Source: Candidatus Latescibacterota bacterium (lineage in GTDB: Bacteria > Krumholzibacteriota > Krumholzibacteriia > WVZY01 > JAKEHA01). Taken from it: a stretch of DNA of 64,000 nt. Shown piece after piece: positions 8,950 through 18,626 of the stretch. Below the pieces are notes generated by a model, which was not told the origin of the DNA, made no database searches, and worked only from the letters and a program-made list of their open reading frames with translations. Each line of letters begins with the position of its first letter. Position 1 is the stretch's first letter. The translations under genes and the position numbers were made by a program. The stretch covers positions 1 to 64,000 of the forward strand of contig OY970173.1 of the NCBI GenBank assembly GCA_963707635.1. Reading direction: 5' to 3'.

Positions 8950-10149
8950 TCATTTCTTGAACTTCGCGGCCTCCTCGGAACCGGCGGTCGCGTTGCCCGC
9001 GCTGTAGGAGTGCGCGCCCGTGCCCGCCAGCTTGCCGTCGGCGACGATCAGGTACTCGTTGCGAATCTTACGGCGCTCGAACCAGCACTCCAGGATCTCG
9101 CGCGTCCCGGCCGCGTAGCGCGCCTGCGCCGAGAGGCTCGTCCCGGACACGTGCGGGGTCATGCCGTGGTGGGGCATCGTTCGCCACGGGTGATCCTTGG
9201 GCGCGGGCTGCGGAAACCAGACGTCGCCCGCGTAGCCGGCCAGCTGGCCGTCCTTGAGCGCGCGCGCGATCGCGTCCTTGTCGCAGATCTTGCCGCGCGC
9301 CGTGTTCACCAGGTAAGCGCCGCGCTTCATCTTCGCGATCATCGCGTCGTTGAACATGTGCTCGGTCTCCGGGTGGAGCGGCGTGTTGATCGTGACCACG
9401 TCGCAGATACGCACCATGGCCTCGGCGGAGGCGTGGAACACGACATTGAGCTCCTGCTCAACGAGCGCCGGCAGCCGGTGCCGGTCGGTGTAGTGCAGCT
9501 TGACGTCGAACGGCTTCAGCCGGCGCAGGACCGCGAGACCGATGCGGCCGGCGCCCACCGTCCCGACCGACATCCCTTCGATATCGTACGAGCGCGCCAC
9601 GCAGTCCGCGATATTCCACCCGCCCTTGACGACCCATTGGTACGATGGGATGTAGTTGCGCACCAGCGCCAGGATCATCATCACGACATGCTCCGCCACG
9701 CTGATGCTGTTGCAGTAGGTGACTTCCGCGACCGTGAGGCCGCGATCCATCGCCGCCTGCAGGTCGACGTGGTCCGACCCGATGCCGGCGGTGATGGCGA
9801 GCTTGAGCTTCTTCGCCTTCGCGATGCGCTCGGCGGTCAGGTAGGCGGGCCAGAACGGCTGCGAGATCACGACCTCGGCATCCGGCAGCTCCTTGTCGAA
9901 GGTGGAGTTCGCGCCGTCCTTGTCGGACGTCACCACCAGCGTGTGCCCTTTCGCTTCCAGGAACTTGCGCAGCCCCAGCTCGCCGGAAACGCTTCCGAGC
10001 AGCTCGCCGGGTTTGAAGTCGATCGCCTTCGGGCTCGGGACCGTCTGCCCGCCCGGGTAGCGGTCGATCTTCGGGAGCGTCGTGATCGGATACGACGTGG
10101 GATAGCCGTCGACGGGGTCGTCGTAGAGGACCAGCAGCACTTTAGCCAT
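8950..10149 (-). CDS. fdh: NAD-dependent formate dehydrogenase
   Basis: GELLGSVSGELGLRKFLE, ISQPFWPAYLT, AGIGSDH, GAGRIG, YAGDVWFPQP and TPHVSGTSLSAQARYAAG are characteristic of the metal-free FDH family. Confidence 0.96.
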   Translation of the reverse strand: MAKVLLVLYDDPVDGYPTSYPITTLPKIDRYPGGQTVPSPKAIDFKPGELLGSVSGELGLRKFLEAKGHTLVVTSDKDGANSTFDKELPDAEVVISQPFWPAYLTAERIAKAKKLKLAITAGIGSDHVDLQAAMDRGLTVAEVTYCNSISVAEHVVMMILALVRNYIPSYQWVVKGGWNIADCVARSYDIEGMSVGTVGAGRIGLAVLRRLKPFDVKLHYTDRHRLPALVEQELNVVFHASAEAMVRICDVVTINTPLHPETEHMFNDAMIAKMKRGAYLVNTARGKICDKDAIARALKDGQLAGYAGDVWFPQPAPKDHPWRTMPHHGMTPHVSGTSLSAQARYAAGTREILECWFERRKIRNEYLIVADGKLAGTGAHSYSAGNATAGSEEAAKFKK

Positions 10150-10211
10150 CGGAATCGCCTCGCATTCGTTTTGAGTCTCTTACTTTGTGTACCTGGGCTG
10201 ATACAGCTGAA

Positions 10212-11711
10212 CTAGAAACCCTCTGCCAGCTCGCTACCTGCATTCGCCAGCGCTTCGAACGTCGTCGCGATGTCCTGCTCGGTGGTTCGCTGCGAGCAGA
10301 TCGACATGCGCAGCACGACGCGTCCGCGGATGCACGACGTCATGACGAGCGCCAGTCCGCTCTTCTGCACCGCCTCCGCGATCTGCTGATTGAGCCCGTC
10401 GAGCCGTTCGCTCATAGCGGGCTCTTCCGCTCGCGCCGCGAACGCGCGTGGCCGATATCGGAAGCAATAGAGGTACAGCGTCGGCTCGTGAATTGTCTCG
10501 AAGTCGGGGTGGTCGCTCGCGAGCCGGTGGAGGTGGCGCGCAAGACCCAGACTTTTCGCGAACGCATCGCGCAGACCGGCGGCGCCGTAGAAGCGCAACG
10601 TCATCCACAGTTTCAGCGCCCGGAATCCGCGCGACATCTCGGGTCCATACTCCAGGAAATCGAGCCCGGCACGATCGTCGGTGTCTCCCGGAGGCCGCAG
10701 GTACGGCGCGGTGATGGAAAAGGCGCGGCGAAGGCGCTCGGCGTGGCGCACCAGGACGACGCCGCAGTCGTAGGGCACGCCCAGCCACTTGTGCGGGTCG
10801 AACGACACCGAATCCGCGCGCTCGACCCCCCGCAACAGGGCGCGGGTGTCCGGGTGAACCGCGGCGAGAAGGCCGCACGCGCCGTCGCCGTGGAGCCAGA
10901 GTCCGTGCTCGGCGCAGACGTCGGCGATCGCCTCGATGGGATCCACCGCGCCGACGTTGACCGACCCGAGCTGGGCGACGACGCAGAACGGCAGGTCGCC
11001 CCGCGCGCGATCTTCCGCGACCATCCGCGCCAGCGCGGACACGTCGATGGTGAAGTCGGGTCGGCTGGGCACGCGCCGGATGGCTTTGCGACCGAGGTTG
11101 AGCATGTCGGCCGCGCGCGTCACCGAGACGTGGCCCTCGTGATCGGACATATAGAGGAGAAACCGCCCTCGCCGCTCGGGGTGCTGGAGACCGTCGGGAG
11201 TGGAGTCGTACGGTGCGACGTGCCGGAGTGCGGTCAAGAGCGCGGTGAAGTTCGCCATGGTGCCGCCGGTGACGACGATGCCCCCCGTGTCGGCCGGGTA
11301 CCCGACGAGCTCCGCGATCCACCGCAGCGCCTGGCGTTCGATCTCGGTGGCGGCGGGGCCGAGCTTCCAGGCCCCGGCGTTCGTGTTCACGCACGCGGCG
11401 AGCGCGTCGGCGAACATGCCGATCATGGAGCCGGAACCGTTCACGTAGGCGAAATGACGCGGTGAGCCGACCGCGGTGAGGAGTGGCTCCACCCGATCGC
11501 GCCAGTCGGCGAGAATCGCGTCCGCCGTCAATCCCCGCTCGGGGAGCGCGTCTGCGAAGCGCGCCGCGACGCCGGCGGGAGTGACATCCGGGAGAACGCG
11601 TCGCTGATCGAGACCGGAGTGATAGTCGGCGATGGCACCGATCACGTCGGCACCGAACCGACGCAATTCGCGCGGATCCAGGTCGCCGGGGTGAGGGTGT
11701 TTGGTGGTCAT
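10212..11711 (-). CDS. Group II PLP-dependent amino-acid decarboxylase
   Basis: GGTMANFTAL, LWLHGDGACG, DSVSFDPHKWL (PLP lysine), SRGFRALKLW. Confidence 0.9.
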   Translation of the reverse strand: MTTKHPHPGDLDPRELRRFGADVIGAIADYHSGLDQRRVLPDVTPAGVAARFADALPERGLTADAILADWRDRVEPLLTAVGSPRHFAYVNGSGSMIGMFADALAACVNTNAGAWKLGPAATEIERQALRWIAELVGYPADTGGIVVTGGTMANFTALLTALRHVAPYDSTPDGLQHPERRGRFLLYMSDHEGHVSVTRAADMLNLGRKAIRRVPSRPDFTIDVSALARMVAEDRARGDLPFCVVAQLGSVNVGAVDPIEAIADVCAEHGLWLHGDGACGLLAAVHPDTRALLRGVERADSVSFDPHKWLGVPYDCGVVLVRHAERLRRAFSITAPYLRPPGDTDDRAGLDFLEYGPEMSRGFRALKLWMTLRFYGAAGLRDAFAKSLGLARHLHRLASDHPDFETIHEPTLYLYCFRYRPRAFAARAEEPAMSERLDGLNQQIAEAVQKSGLALVMTSCIRGRVVLRMSICSQRTTEQDIATTFEALANAGSELAEGF

Positions 11712-11786
11712 GGTTCGATCAGCCGCTCGCGGTTCGAATCGAGCGCTTCATTATAGCGCAAGACGCGGCACGCGGGTTGCCGCGCC

Positions 11787-12791
11787 TCACGATTCCAGAT
11801 GGTAGATCTGCCAGAGGTCACGCGTGCTCTGGTGCAGGACCGGCTGGAGCGCCAGCCTCCCCGTCGGACCGATTTCTTTTTCGAGATGGCGTAGCTCGCG
11901 GAACTTCTCCTGCGTCCCCGCCGGCAGGTCTGGCTTGAATCCCGCCGCGCGCATCATGAGGAGCCCCTTCGCGCTGATGGCCAGCTCGACGCGGAGGCGC
12001 AGATAGCACAGCATGTCGACCCGAACCGCGGGTGGGAACTGCTTCTCCATCATGCTTATGAAGCGGCCGATCCGGCTCTCCGACAGTTGCCCGGACTGAA
12101 TGATCTCGAGAAGTTCCGCGTCCGAGTCCATCTGGGCGCCGAGCCAGCGCCGGGTGGTGCGCTCGCTTTGCCAGTAGACCAGCGCGATCAGGGGCGGCAT
12201 CAGCGCGTGCAGGAGAATCGTCTCCCCCACCGGCGAGAGCACGAAGTGGTTGAACATCGAGTGCAGGACCGTCGCGAGCAGATAGCCGGGCACGAACCAG
12301 AGCTTCTTTCCGCCGGTCCGGTCGAACAGCGCCTTCGCCACCACCGCGCCGATCGCGGTCACGCCGCCGTGCATCACCGCGGTGCCGAGTCCGCGCACCA
12401 TCCACACCAGCGCGTTGTCGGTCTTGAGGATCTTCACGTAGTACGTGTTCTCGATCAGCGCGAACCCGGTCCCGATCGCGAACCCGACGATGGCCGCGTC
12501 CACCAGAAAGCCGATTCGCCCCCGCGCGATCAGCCACAGCACCAGCCCGGTCTTGACGACTTCCTCGATCGGCGGCGCGCCGTAGCGGGAGAAGCGGGTG
12601 CGGGAGACCCCGAGCGCCTGGATCAACACGTCGTTGATGGAAAGGCACAGGGCGGCGATGCCGGCTCCGACCGCGATCGCGATGATCAACCCGCGCACGG
12701 GCACGAGCTTGTAGCTGTCGAGGGAAACGAGGGTCAGGAGAAACAGGACGACGGGCAGGAGACTGACGGCAAATCGAAGCGCGAAGTCCAC
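11787..12791 (-). CDS. prsW: PrsW-family intramembrane metalloprotease
   Basis: APPIEEVVK, GFALIEN, MHG and LHSMFN motifs in a polytopic membrane protein. Confidence 0.85.
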   Translation of the reverse strand: MDFALRFAVSLLPVVLFLLTLVSLDSYKLVPVRGLIIAIAVGAGIAALCLSINDVLIQALGVSRTRFSRYGAPPIEEVVKTGLVLWLIARGRIGFLVDAAIVGFAIGTGFALIENTYYVKILKTDNALVWMVRGLGTAVMHGGVTAIGAVVAKALFDRTGGKKLWFVPGYLLATVLHSMFNHFVLSPVGETILLHALMPPLIALVYWQSERTTRRWLGAQMDSDAELLEIIQSGQLSESRIGRFISMMEKQFPPAVRVDMLCYLRLRVELAISAKGLLMMRAAGFKPDLPAGTQEKFRELRHLEKEIGPTGRLALQPVLHQSTRDLWQIYHLES

Positions 12792-12798
12792 CGTGAGC

Positions 12799-15750
12799 CT
12801 AGAGGATCTTCAGAGAGATCATGAATTCGGTCTGCGCGTCGGCGCCTTCGGTCTCCGCGGCCGCGCCACCGATCGAGAGCGTCGATTCGAGCGCGGAGAA
12901 GATTACCAGCCGAAAGTCGATCTGTCCACCGACGTTGACCGCCGCGCGCCGCGCGGTGTCGCTGTAGTCGGTCACCAGCACGGTCGAAAACACCGCGGGC
13001 CGTGCGTAGGTGCAGTACAGCAGCGGCAGGCCGACGCGGCGGAATCGCACCGGCGGGAGCGTCCACTCGGTCGTGAACCTGGCGAAGCGGGTCCCCGCGA
13101 TCTGGTCGATCTCCACCCCGGGGAAACGCTCGACGTCGCGGTAGCGCTTCACTTCCTGGTGGTCGACGTAGTTGTTGCCGAACCCGCCGAAGTAGAAGCT
13201 GGCGAAACTGTCGTCGCGATTGCCTCGCGAGTAGCCGGCCGCGGCGCGCAGCCAGATCGACGAATGGTCGATCGGAGTGAGAAAACCGGCGTCCAGCTCG
13301 CCCGTCCCCTTGGTGTAGAAGTCGTCGTTCACCAGGTTCGCGTCCAGGAGGAGCGACCAGCGAATCCCCTTCTCGTCGTCGACCGCGCCGATCGACTTCT
13401 GCGTGCGCGTGTACTCGAGTTCCGCGCTGGCGGCGGCGTAGCTGTCGAAGGTGGCCAGCACATTCTGGTTGTACGGGAGCCGCTCGAGCCCGCCGTAGTA
13501 GGCGGCGTTCACCGTGTATTCGAGGAAACGGGGCTTGTCGGCGATGAGGGGCTCCGAGCGCTCGAGCATGACCCCGTAGCCCTTGCGGCTGGTCTTCGTG
13601 GGTCCGAAGAAATCGTAGAAGTCCGCCTTGTTGTAGGCGGCCTTGAGCGTCCACGGGTAATGGCGGTAGCGGAGCCGCGCGTGCACCAGCTCGTCGTCGG
13701 GAACGTCGGAGGTCGGTGTCACGCCCGCGACGATCTCCCCGCCGTGGAGTCCCAGCGGATCCATGAAATTCCAGCGCAGCCCGATCGACGTGTACGCCTT
13801 GTAGGCCTCGACCACGGGATAGATCGACGCGGTGGTGACGCTGCGGAACTTGTGGTAGTCCCCCCGATAGGTGGTGACCGAATCCAGCTTCACCTCGCGC
13901 GGCGACCCGAGCTTCCATTCCTTCACGATCGGGTGCCCTTCCACGATCTCGTTGCCGAGATAGCGCACCGCGTTGACGTCCTCGAGGGTGGTGTCCGCGA
14001 CCACGACCGGCCGGAATCCGTCGCCCGAGTACGAGAACACCAGCAGCGAGTCGCCCAGCGGAATGGGGCGGAAGTAGCCGATCTCGGCGTTGGTCACGCA
14101 CTCCATGGTCTCGCGCGCGAAGTCCCAGCGGAACACGTTCGACACGCCGGTCTGGTACGAGGTGCCGTACAGGCGGCGGCCGTCGGCGGAGAACACGAAA
14201 TTCGCGGGTGCGGTGTTCGTGAACTCGTAGAGCACGCTGTACGCGCCCCCACCCTTGAGGAGCTGGTCGACGTCGAAGCGCACCAGCTTCACCGCGCCGC
14301 TGATCTCGAGCATCGAGGCGGTGAGGGTCTTGCCGTCCGGGGACACGTCGACATCGAAGATATCCTTGCCGTAGGTGAAGTCCATGACCGGCAGGATGCA
14401 CGACCACGCGTCGTAGGGCGGCGAGACGCGCACCAGCGTCGAGAAGCCGTCGTGGTGCTGGACACCCCAGAGCATCCGGTCGGCGGCGCTGAAGGCCAGA
14501 TCCCCGATGCGGCAGTCGGTGATCAGCCGACGCGCGTGTTTCGTATCCACGTCGATCGCGTTCAGGTCGCGCCAGTGCTTGCCGGTGTTGGTGGTATAGA
14601 AGAGCGTGCGCCCCCCGGGGTCGAACGCGAGCGAGGTGACGAAATAGAGCGCAGGTGTCTGCACCTCGTGGATGCGCTCCACCCGCCCGTCGGCGAGGCC
14701 TACCGCCGCCACGTGCGCAAACTCTCCCGGGTAGTTGACGGCGACCAGGAGCCTGCCAGTTTTGGCGTCGACGAAACCGCGGGAGACCGACCCGAGCGGG
14801 CGCTCGCACACCACCCGCTCCGGGGTGAGCGGGTACTCCCGCACGCGGGAGAGATTCGCGCGCTGCCAGTCGTGCTCGAATGCGATCCACTGTTCCCACT
14901 CGTGCTCGAGCGAGGCGCCGAACACGCGCTTGAATTGCGCCGCGTAGTACCCCTTCGTGCCGTCGTCGCGATTTACCCACGCGAGCACCTGCTCGGGCGA
15001 GTACTGAACGGCGAGGTACGACATGAAGCGTGTGCCGTAGAGGTACGAGTTCTGGCCGATCTGGAAGTCGCTGGTGGTCCCCTCCGACTCCAGCCCGACG
15101 ACGTCGTAAAAGTACTTGTTGTCGCGCACCATCGCGCGAAACGCCATTTCGTCGTAGCCGCCGAGGGTGCGGCCGATTCCCCCCGCCAGCCACGTCTCCA
15201 TGAACACGGCGATGCCTTCGTGGTACCACCGGGGCGCGAAGCGCCGGGGCGAGCACAGATACGAATAGATCATCGATTCGGGGTTGTCGGACTCCGCCAG
15301 GACCTTACCGCGGAAGAGACCGCGGAACATCCGGTCGGTGCTGCTGGTCTTCTCCGAGGCGACCACGTGAAAGAGTTCGTGGCTGATCACCCAGTTGAAA
15401 CGCTCGTTGGTCGGGCAGGTCTCGTAGACGTACTCGAACGGCTCGATGCCGAGCGTGATGTAGTTGTTCGGGATGGTCGAGGTGCCGGCGTATCCGTAGT
15501 CGTCGAAGTCCTGGAGCAGAATCGTCACCGGCTCGCCGGCCGTGTAGCCGAGCGAGCGATTGAAGGCCCCGTACGAGTTCTCGAAGCAGCGCGTGAGATG
15601 CGGAATGATGTAGGCGTGCGCGTCGTCGTAATAGACCACCTGCATGTGCCGGGTCTGCAGTGTCTTGAACCCGAACGTCCCGGCCCAAAGGGGTGAGGCC
15701 GCGAACCCGACGGCGAGCACGGCCAGAATGGCGGAGAAGATGGGGCGCAT
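12799..15750 (-). CDS. Outer-membrane protein: gluzincin-like peptidase domain, beta-propeller, probable C-terminal beta-barrel
   Basis: Signal peptide; SHELFH and WYHEG; propeller-like repeats (SLAFDPGG, DVSPDGK, VFSADGRR); FYFGGFG and amphipathic strands near the C-terminus. Confidence 0.7.
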   Translation of the reverse strand: MRPIFSAILAVLAVGFAASPLWAGTFGFKTLQTRHMQVVYYDDAHAYIIPHLTRCFENSYGAFNRSLGYTAGEPVTILLQDFDDYGYAGTSTIPNNYITLGIEPFEYVYETCPTNERFNWVISHELFHVVASEKTSSTDRMFRGLFRGKVLAESDNPESMIYSYLCSPRRFAPRWYHEGIAVFMETWLAGGIGRTLGGYDEMAFRAMVRDNKYFYDVVGLESEGTTSDFQIGQNSYLYGTRFMSYLAVQYSPEQVLAWVNRDDGTKGYYAAQFKRVFGASLEHEWEQWIAFEHDWQRANLSRVREYPLTPERVVCERPLGSVSRGFVDAKTGRLLVAVNYPGEFAHVAAVGLADGRVERIHEVQTPALYFVTSLAFDPGGRTLFYTTNTGKHWRDLNAIDVDTKHARRLITDCRIGDLAFSAADRMLWGVQHHDGFSTLVRVSPPYDAWSCILPVMDFTYGKDIFDVDVSPDGKTLTASMLEISGAVKLVRFDVDQLLKGGGAYSVLYEFTNTAPANFVFSADGRRLYGTSYQTGVSNVFRWDFARETMECVTNAEIGYFRPIPLGDSLLVFSYSGDGFRPVVVADTTLEDVNAVRYLGNEIVEGHPIVKEWKLGSPREVKLDSVTTYRGDYHKFRSVTTASIYPVVEAYKAYTSIGLRWNFMDPLGLHGGEIVAGVTPTSDVPDDELVHARLRYRHYPWTLKAAYNKADFYDFFGPTKTSRKGYGVMLERSEPLIADKPRFLEYTVNAAYYGGLERLPYNQNVLATFDSYAAASAELEYTRTQKSIGAVDDEKGIRWSLLLDANLVNDDFYTKGTGELDAGFLTPIDHSSIWLRAAAGYSRGNRDDSFASFYFGGFGNNYVDHQEVKRYRDVERFPGVEIDQIAGTRFARFTTEWTLPPVRFRRVGLPLLYCTYARPAVFSTVLVTDYSDTARRAAVNVGGQIDFRLVIFSALESTLSIGGAAAETEGADAQTEFMISLKIL

Positions 15751-15801
15751 GGGGCTTCGGTCCCGGACGCGGCGTCCGGGGATTCGCGGAGTCTATGCCA
15801 G

Positions 15802-15842
15802 AAAAGGCCGGGACGCCACGGTGACTTCCCGTGGCGTCCCGG
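15802..15842 (-). terminator. Intrinsic terminator after repeat-protein gene
   Basis: 14-bp stem CCGGGACGCCACGG (15808-15821) / CCGTGGCGTCCCGG (15829-15842), followed by CCTTTTC on the minus strand. Confidence 0.75.
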
Positions 15843-15872
15843 TGGATCGAGGAATTCGCCCGCCTCTAAGCG

Positions 15873-16907
15873 CTAGCGAATCACTGGCCCCTTCTCCGCG
15901 TCGGCCCGCTCGAGCTCGGTCGCCGCTCCGGCTCTCGGAGCCCGATCACCGACGAAGGCACGCTCGTACGCGTCCACGCGCTCGGCGTCGGTCGCGTGAC
16001 CAAACAGCGTCGCCTTCTGGGACTGGGTCGCCTTGTCGACCAGCGCGGCGCGCGCCTCGACGCTCAACTTACCCAGCGCCGCCACGCGCTCGGCCGTGGT
16101 CGCGCCCTTCAGCGGCGCACGCTCGGCCTCGGACGCACGCTCCATGACGGCGATCTTCTCGGCGTCGGTGGCGCGGTCCAGCGCGTCGGCCTTCTGCTGC
16201 ACGGTCGCGCGATCCAGGATGGCCGCCTGGCTATCCACGGACAGATGTCCGACGATCGCTGTGCGCTCTTCCTGGCTCGCGCGCTCCATGATTGCGATGC
16301 GCTCGTCGACCGTGGCCATGCCGACCAGAGTCGCGCGCTCTTCGTTGGTGGCGCGGTCGTAGATCTTCGCGCGCCGCTCCGCATCCGCACGACCCAGCAT
16401 GTTGACGCGCTCCTCGACGGTGCAGCGGTCGAAGACCGTGGCCTTCTCCTGCTCACTCATGGCGCCGAGGCCTTTCTTGCGCTGGGCGGCGTCCATCCGG
16501 CCCTCGATGCTCGCGCGCTCTTCCGCGGTGGCCAGACCGACCAGATTCGCGCGCTCCTCCACGGTGGCACGCTCGAGAATCATCGCCGCCATCGCTGCAT
16601 CCGCGCGCGCGAAGAGCGGCAACCTCTCCTGCGCCGAGAGGCGGCCGAGCAGGTTGCTCAGGTCGTTGAGGGCCGCAGGATCGTTCGCGATGATCGCGAA
16701 GAATTCCTCGGACGACAGCGGGCTCTCGCCCTCGGTCACGACGTCCGTCGGATGAATCTGCTCGGACCGGTACTTGTCGACGGTGCCGATCGCGCCGGCG
16801 ACCTCGGTACCCGTGGGTGACTCTTTCCTGTTGGTGTTGAAAAAGACGATGGCGCCGACGATCACGACACTCGCGACAATCAGCAGCGTGGTTGAATTCC
16901 TCGACAT
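15873..16907 (-). CDS. Membrane-anchored protein with ~19 tandem 12-aa helical repeats
   Basis: AGGAGGT RBS; N-terminal TM segment; repeats such as RATVEERANLVG, RATNEERATLVG, RASQEERTAIVG. Confidence 0.85.
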   Translation of the reverse strand: MSRNSTTLLIVASVVIVGAIVFFNTNRKESPTGTEVAGAIGTVDKYRSEQIHPTDVVTEGESPLSSEEFFAIIANDPAALNDLSNLLGRLSAQERLPLFARADAAMAAMILERATVEERANLVGLATAEERASIEGRMDAAQRKKGLGAMSEQEKATVFDRCTVEERVNMLGRADAERRAKIYDRATNEERATLVGMATVDERIAIMERASQEERTAIVGHLSVDSQAAILDRATVQQKADALDRATDAEKIAVMERASEAERAPLKGATTAERVAALGKLSVEARAALVDKATQSQKATLFGHATDAERVDAYERAFVGDRAPRAGAATELERADAEKGPVIR

Positions 16908-16956
16908 GTCATTACCTCCTTGCGGGTGGGGACACATTGAACGGTTCTGGCTGTAC

Positions 16957-16984
16957 TACAAATTGCCGGGCGACGAAGTTGGTG
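16957..16984 (-). promoter_or_regulatory. Putative ECF-sigma promoter CACCAACTT-N15-TGTA (copy 1)
   Basis: Same elements and spacing as the motif at 18266-18293. Confidence 0.7.
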
Positions 16985-17031
16985 CGCGGGAGAAAAATCC
17001 GCAATGCGACCCGGCTCGGGGCTCGAACGAT

Positions 17032-17715
17032 TCACGGAATGACGGGCAGCGCGGATCGTTCGAAAACCACGCGGCCGGACTGAACGACTTGAAAGACAAC
17101 TGCTTGCGTCCCGGGTGCGTCGAGGCGGCGCATCGCCACCGTGACGGGTCCGGCCCCGGTGGCGGAGCCGCGGACCTGGGCGGCGCCCACGGCGAGCGTG
17201 CCGGCCGACCCGGCCGGGCGGTCCACGCCGGCGACTTCCCAGACGGCCGGGTCGAAGGAGAGGCTCCATTCGACCGGGCCCGGCGACGACCCCGACGACT
17301 CCAGCGAGACGTCGAAGCGGGTCTCGTCGCCCACGCGGTACACCTCGGTGGAACCGGTCACGCCACCGTCGGCGACCGAGACCGGGATCGAATCCAGCCG
17401 CTCGCGCCCGGCGCCCGGCTCGATCATGCTGCCGGACACGTGCGACGGGTCGACCCGGCCGGTGGCGTTCCACGCGTCGGGTTTTCCAAACCGGGCCGTG
17501 GACAACAGCACGGCCCCGGTCACCACCCCGAGCCCGAAGGTCGTCGCCAGTCGAAGCCGCGGCGCCGACATCCACCCCCACGCGACGCCGCGCGACGCAC
17601 GGCGGCCCGAGCGGCCGACGGCGTCCATGATGCGGGCGTGCAGTTCGGCGGGCGGCTCCGCCAGCGGGTGGGAGTCGAGGCACCGGATCAGATCGTCGAG
17701 ATTGGTATCGCTCAT
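17032..17715 (-). CDS. Putative single-TM anti-sigma factor
   Basis: EPPAELHARIMDAV cytoplasmic segment, central TM segment, beta-rich C-terminal domain; ATGA overlap with the ECF sigma gene. Confidence 0.72.
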   Translation of the reverse strand: MSDTNLDDLIRCLDSHPLAEPPAELHARIMDAVGRSGRRASRGVAWGWMSAPRLRLATTFGLGVVTGAVLLSTARFGKPDAWNATGRVDPSHVSGSMIEPGAGRERLDSIPVSVADGGVTGSTEVYRVGDETRFDVSLESSGSSPGPVEWSLSFDPAVWEVAGVDRPAGSAGTLAVGAAQVRGSATGAGPVTVAMRRLDAPGTQAVVFQVVQSGRVVFERSALPVIP

Positions 17716-18257
17716 CGCTTGATCCCCCTGGCGTCGAGTATCTCCTTCAACTGCTGGCGCGCGGTGAACAGCCGGGACTTGACCGTCTTCTCCGGAATCT
17801 TCAGCACTTCGGCAATCTCCTCGTAGGAGAAATCCTGGAAGTGCTTGAGCACGACCACCATCCGATAGTCGATCTTGAGCATCTCGATCGCGTGCTCGAT
17901 CTCGTCGCTCAACACGCCGGCGCGGCGGTCGGTTTCCTGGGTCGGCGCCAGCACGACGGTGACCCCGCTGTCGTAGTCATCGCGGCGTTTGGTCCGTTTC
18001 GAGAAGTTGATCGATTCGTTGATGGCGATCCGGTAAATCCAGCTGAAGAAGCCGTGATTGTCATCGTAGGAATCGAGCTTCTCGTACGCCTTCACGAACG
18101 CCGTCTGGGTGACGTCCATCGCGTCGTCGCGGTCCTTGACCATGCGCAGCGCCAGGTTGTAGACGGGACGCTCGTACTTGCGCACCAACGTCTCGAAGGC
18201 CCGCGGGTCTCCGGCCCGGCACTCCCGGACGAGTTCAGCGTCAGCCCGGTCTGTCAT
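17712..18257 (-). CDS. ECF sigma-70 family sigma factor
   Basis: AFETLVRKY, DVTQTAFVKAY, SWIYRIAIN, FSYEEIAEVLKIPEKTVKSRLFTAR. Confidence 0.93.
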   Translation of the reverse strand: MTDRADAELVRECRAGDPRAFETLVRKYERPVYNLALRMVKDRDDAMDVTQTAFVKAYEKLDSYDDNHGFFSWIYRIAINESINFSKRTKRRDDYDSGVTVVLAPTQETDRRAGVLSDEIEHAIEMLKIDYRMVVVLKHFQDFSYEEIAEVLKIPEKTVKSRLFTARQQLKEILDARGIKR

Positions 18258-18265
18258 AGGACACG

Positions 18266-18293
18266 TACAGCCGCGGGGGCTGAAAAGTTGGTG
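18266..18293 (-). promoter_or_regulatory. Putative autoregulatory ECF promoter CACCAACTT-N15-TGTA (copy 2)
   Basis: Ends 8 nt upstream of the sigma ATG; matches 16957-16984. Confidence 0.7.
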
Positions 18294-18341
18294 AAAACGT
18301 CGAGGGCGCGGTGGGTCACGCGACTCCTTCGAGTGGTTTAT

Positions 18342-18626
18342 TTACTTGATGGAGAAGACGTTGTCGAAGCCAGCGATGCGAAAAATCTCCCGAATGTGCC
18401 GATTCAGATTGACCAGGGTGAGCGAGTGCCCGCCGTCGGAAAGCCGTTTCTGGGCGCCGAGCAGAACTCCCATGCCGGCGCTGGAAATGTAGTCGAGGGC
18501 CGAAAAGTCCACGACGCAAGAGGCTTCGACGGAGTTGAGCTGTTCGCGAACCACTTCGACCTGGGACGCATCCAGCCGCCCCGACAGCCGAATCTCACCG
18601 TTGTTGCCCCGACCGATGTCGAACAT
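18342..18626 (-). CDS. STAS-domain anti-sigma factor antagonist (RsbV/SpoIIAA-like)
   Basis: LSGRLDA, LDYISSAGMGVL phosphoacceptor motif, IREIFRIAGF. Confidence 0.9.
   Translation of the reverse strand: MFDIGRGNNGEIRLSGRLDASQVEVVREQLNSVEASCVVDFSALDYISSAGMGVLLGAQKRLSDGGHSLTLVNLNRHIREIFRIAGFDNVFSIK

Noticed and set aside
15963..16643. 36-bp periodicity as a CRISPR array
   Set aside because: The repeats are degenerate, in frame and protein-coding, with no unique spacers and no cas genes
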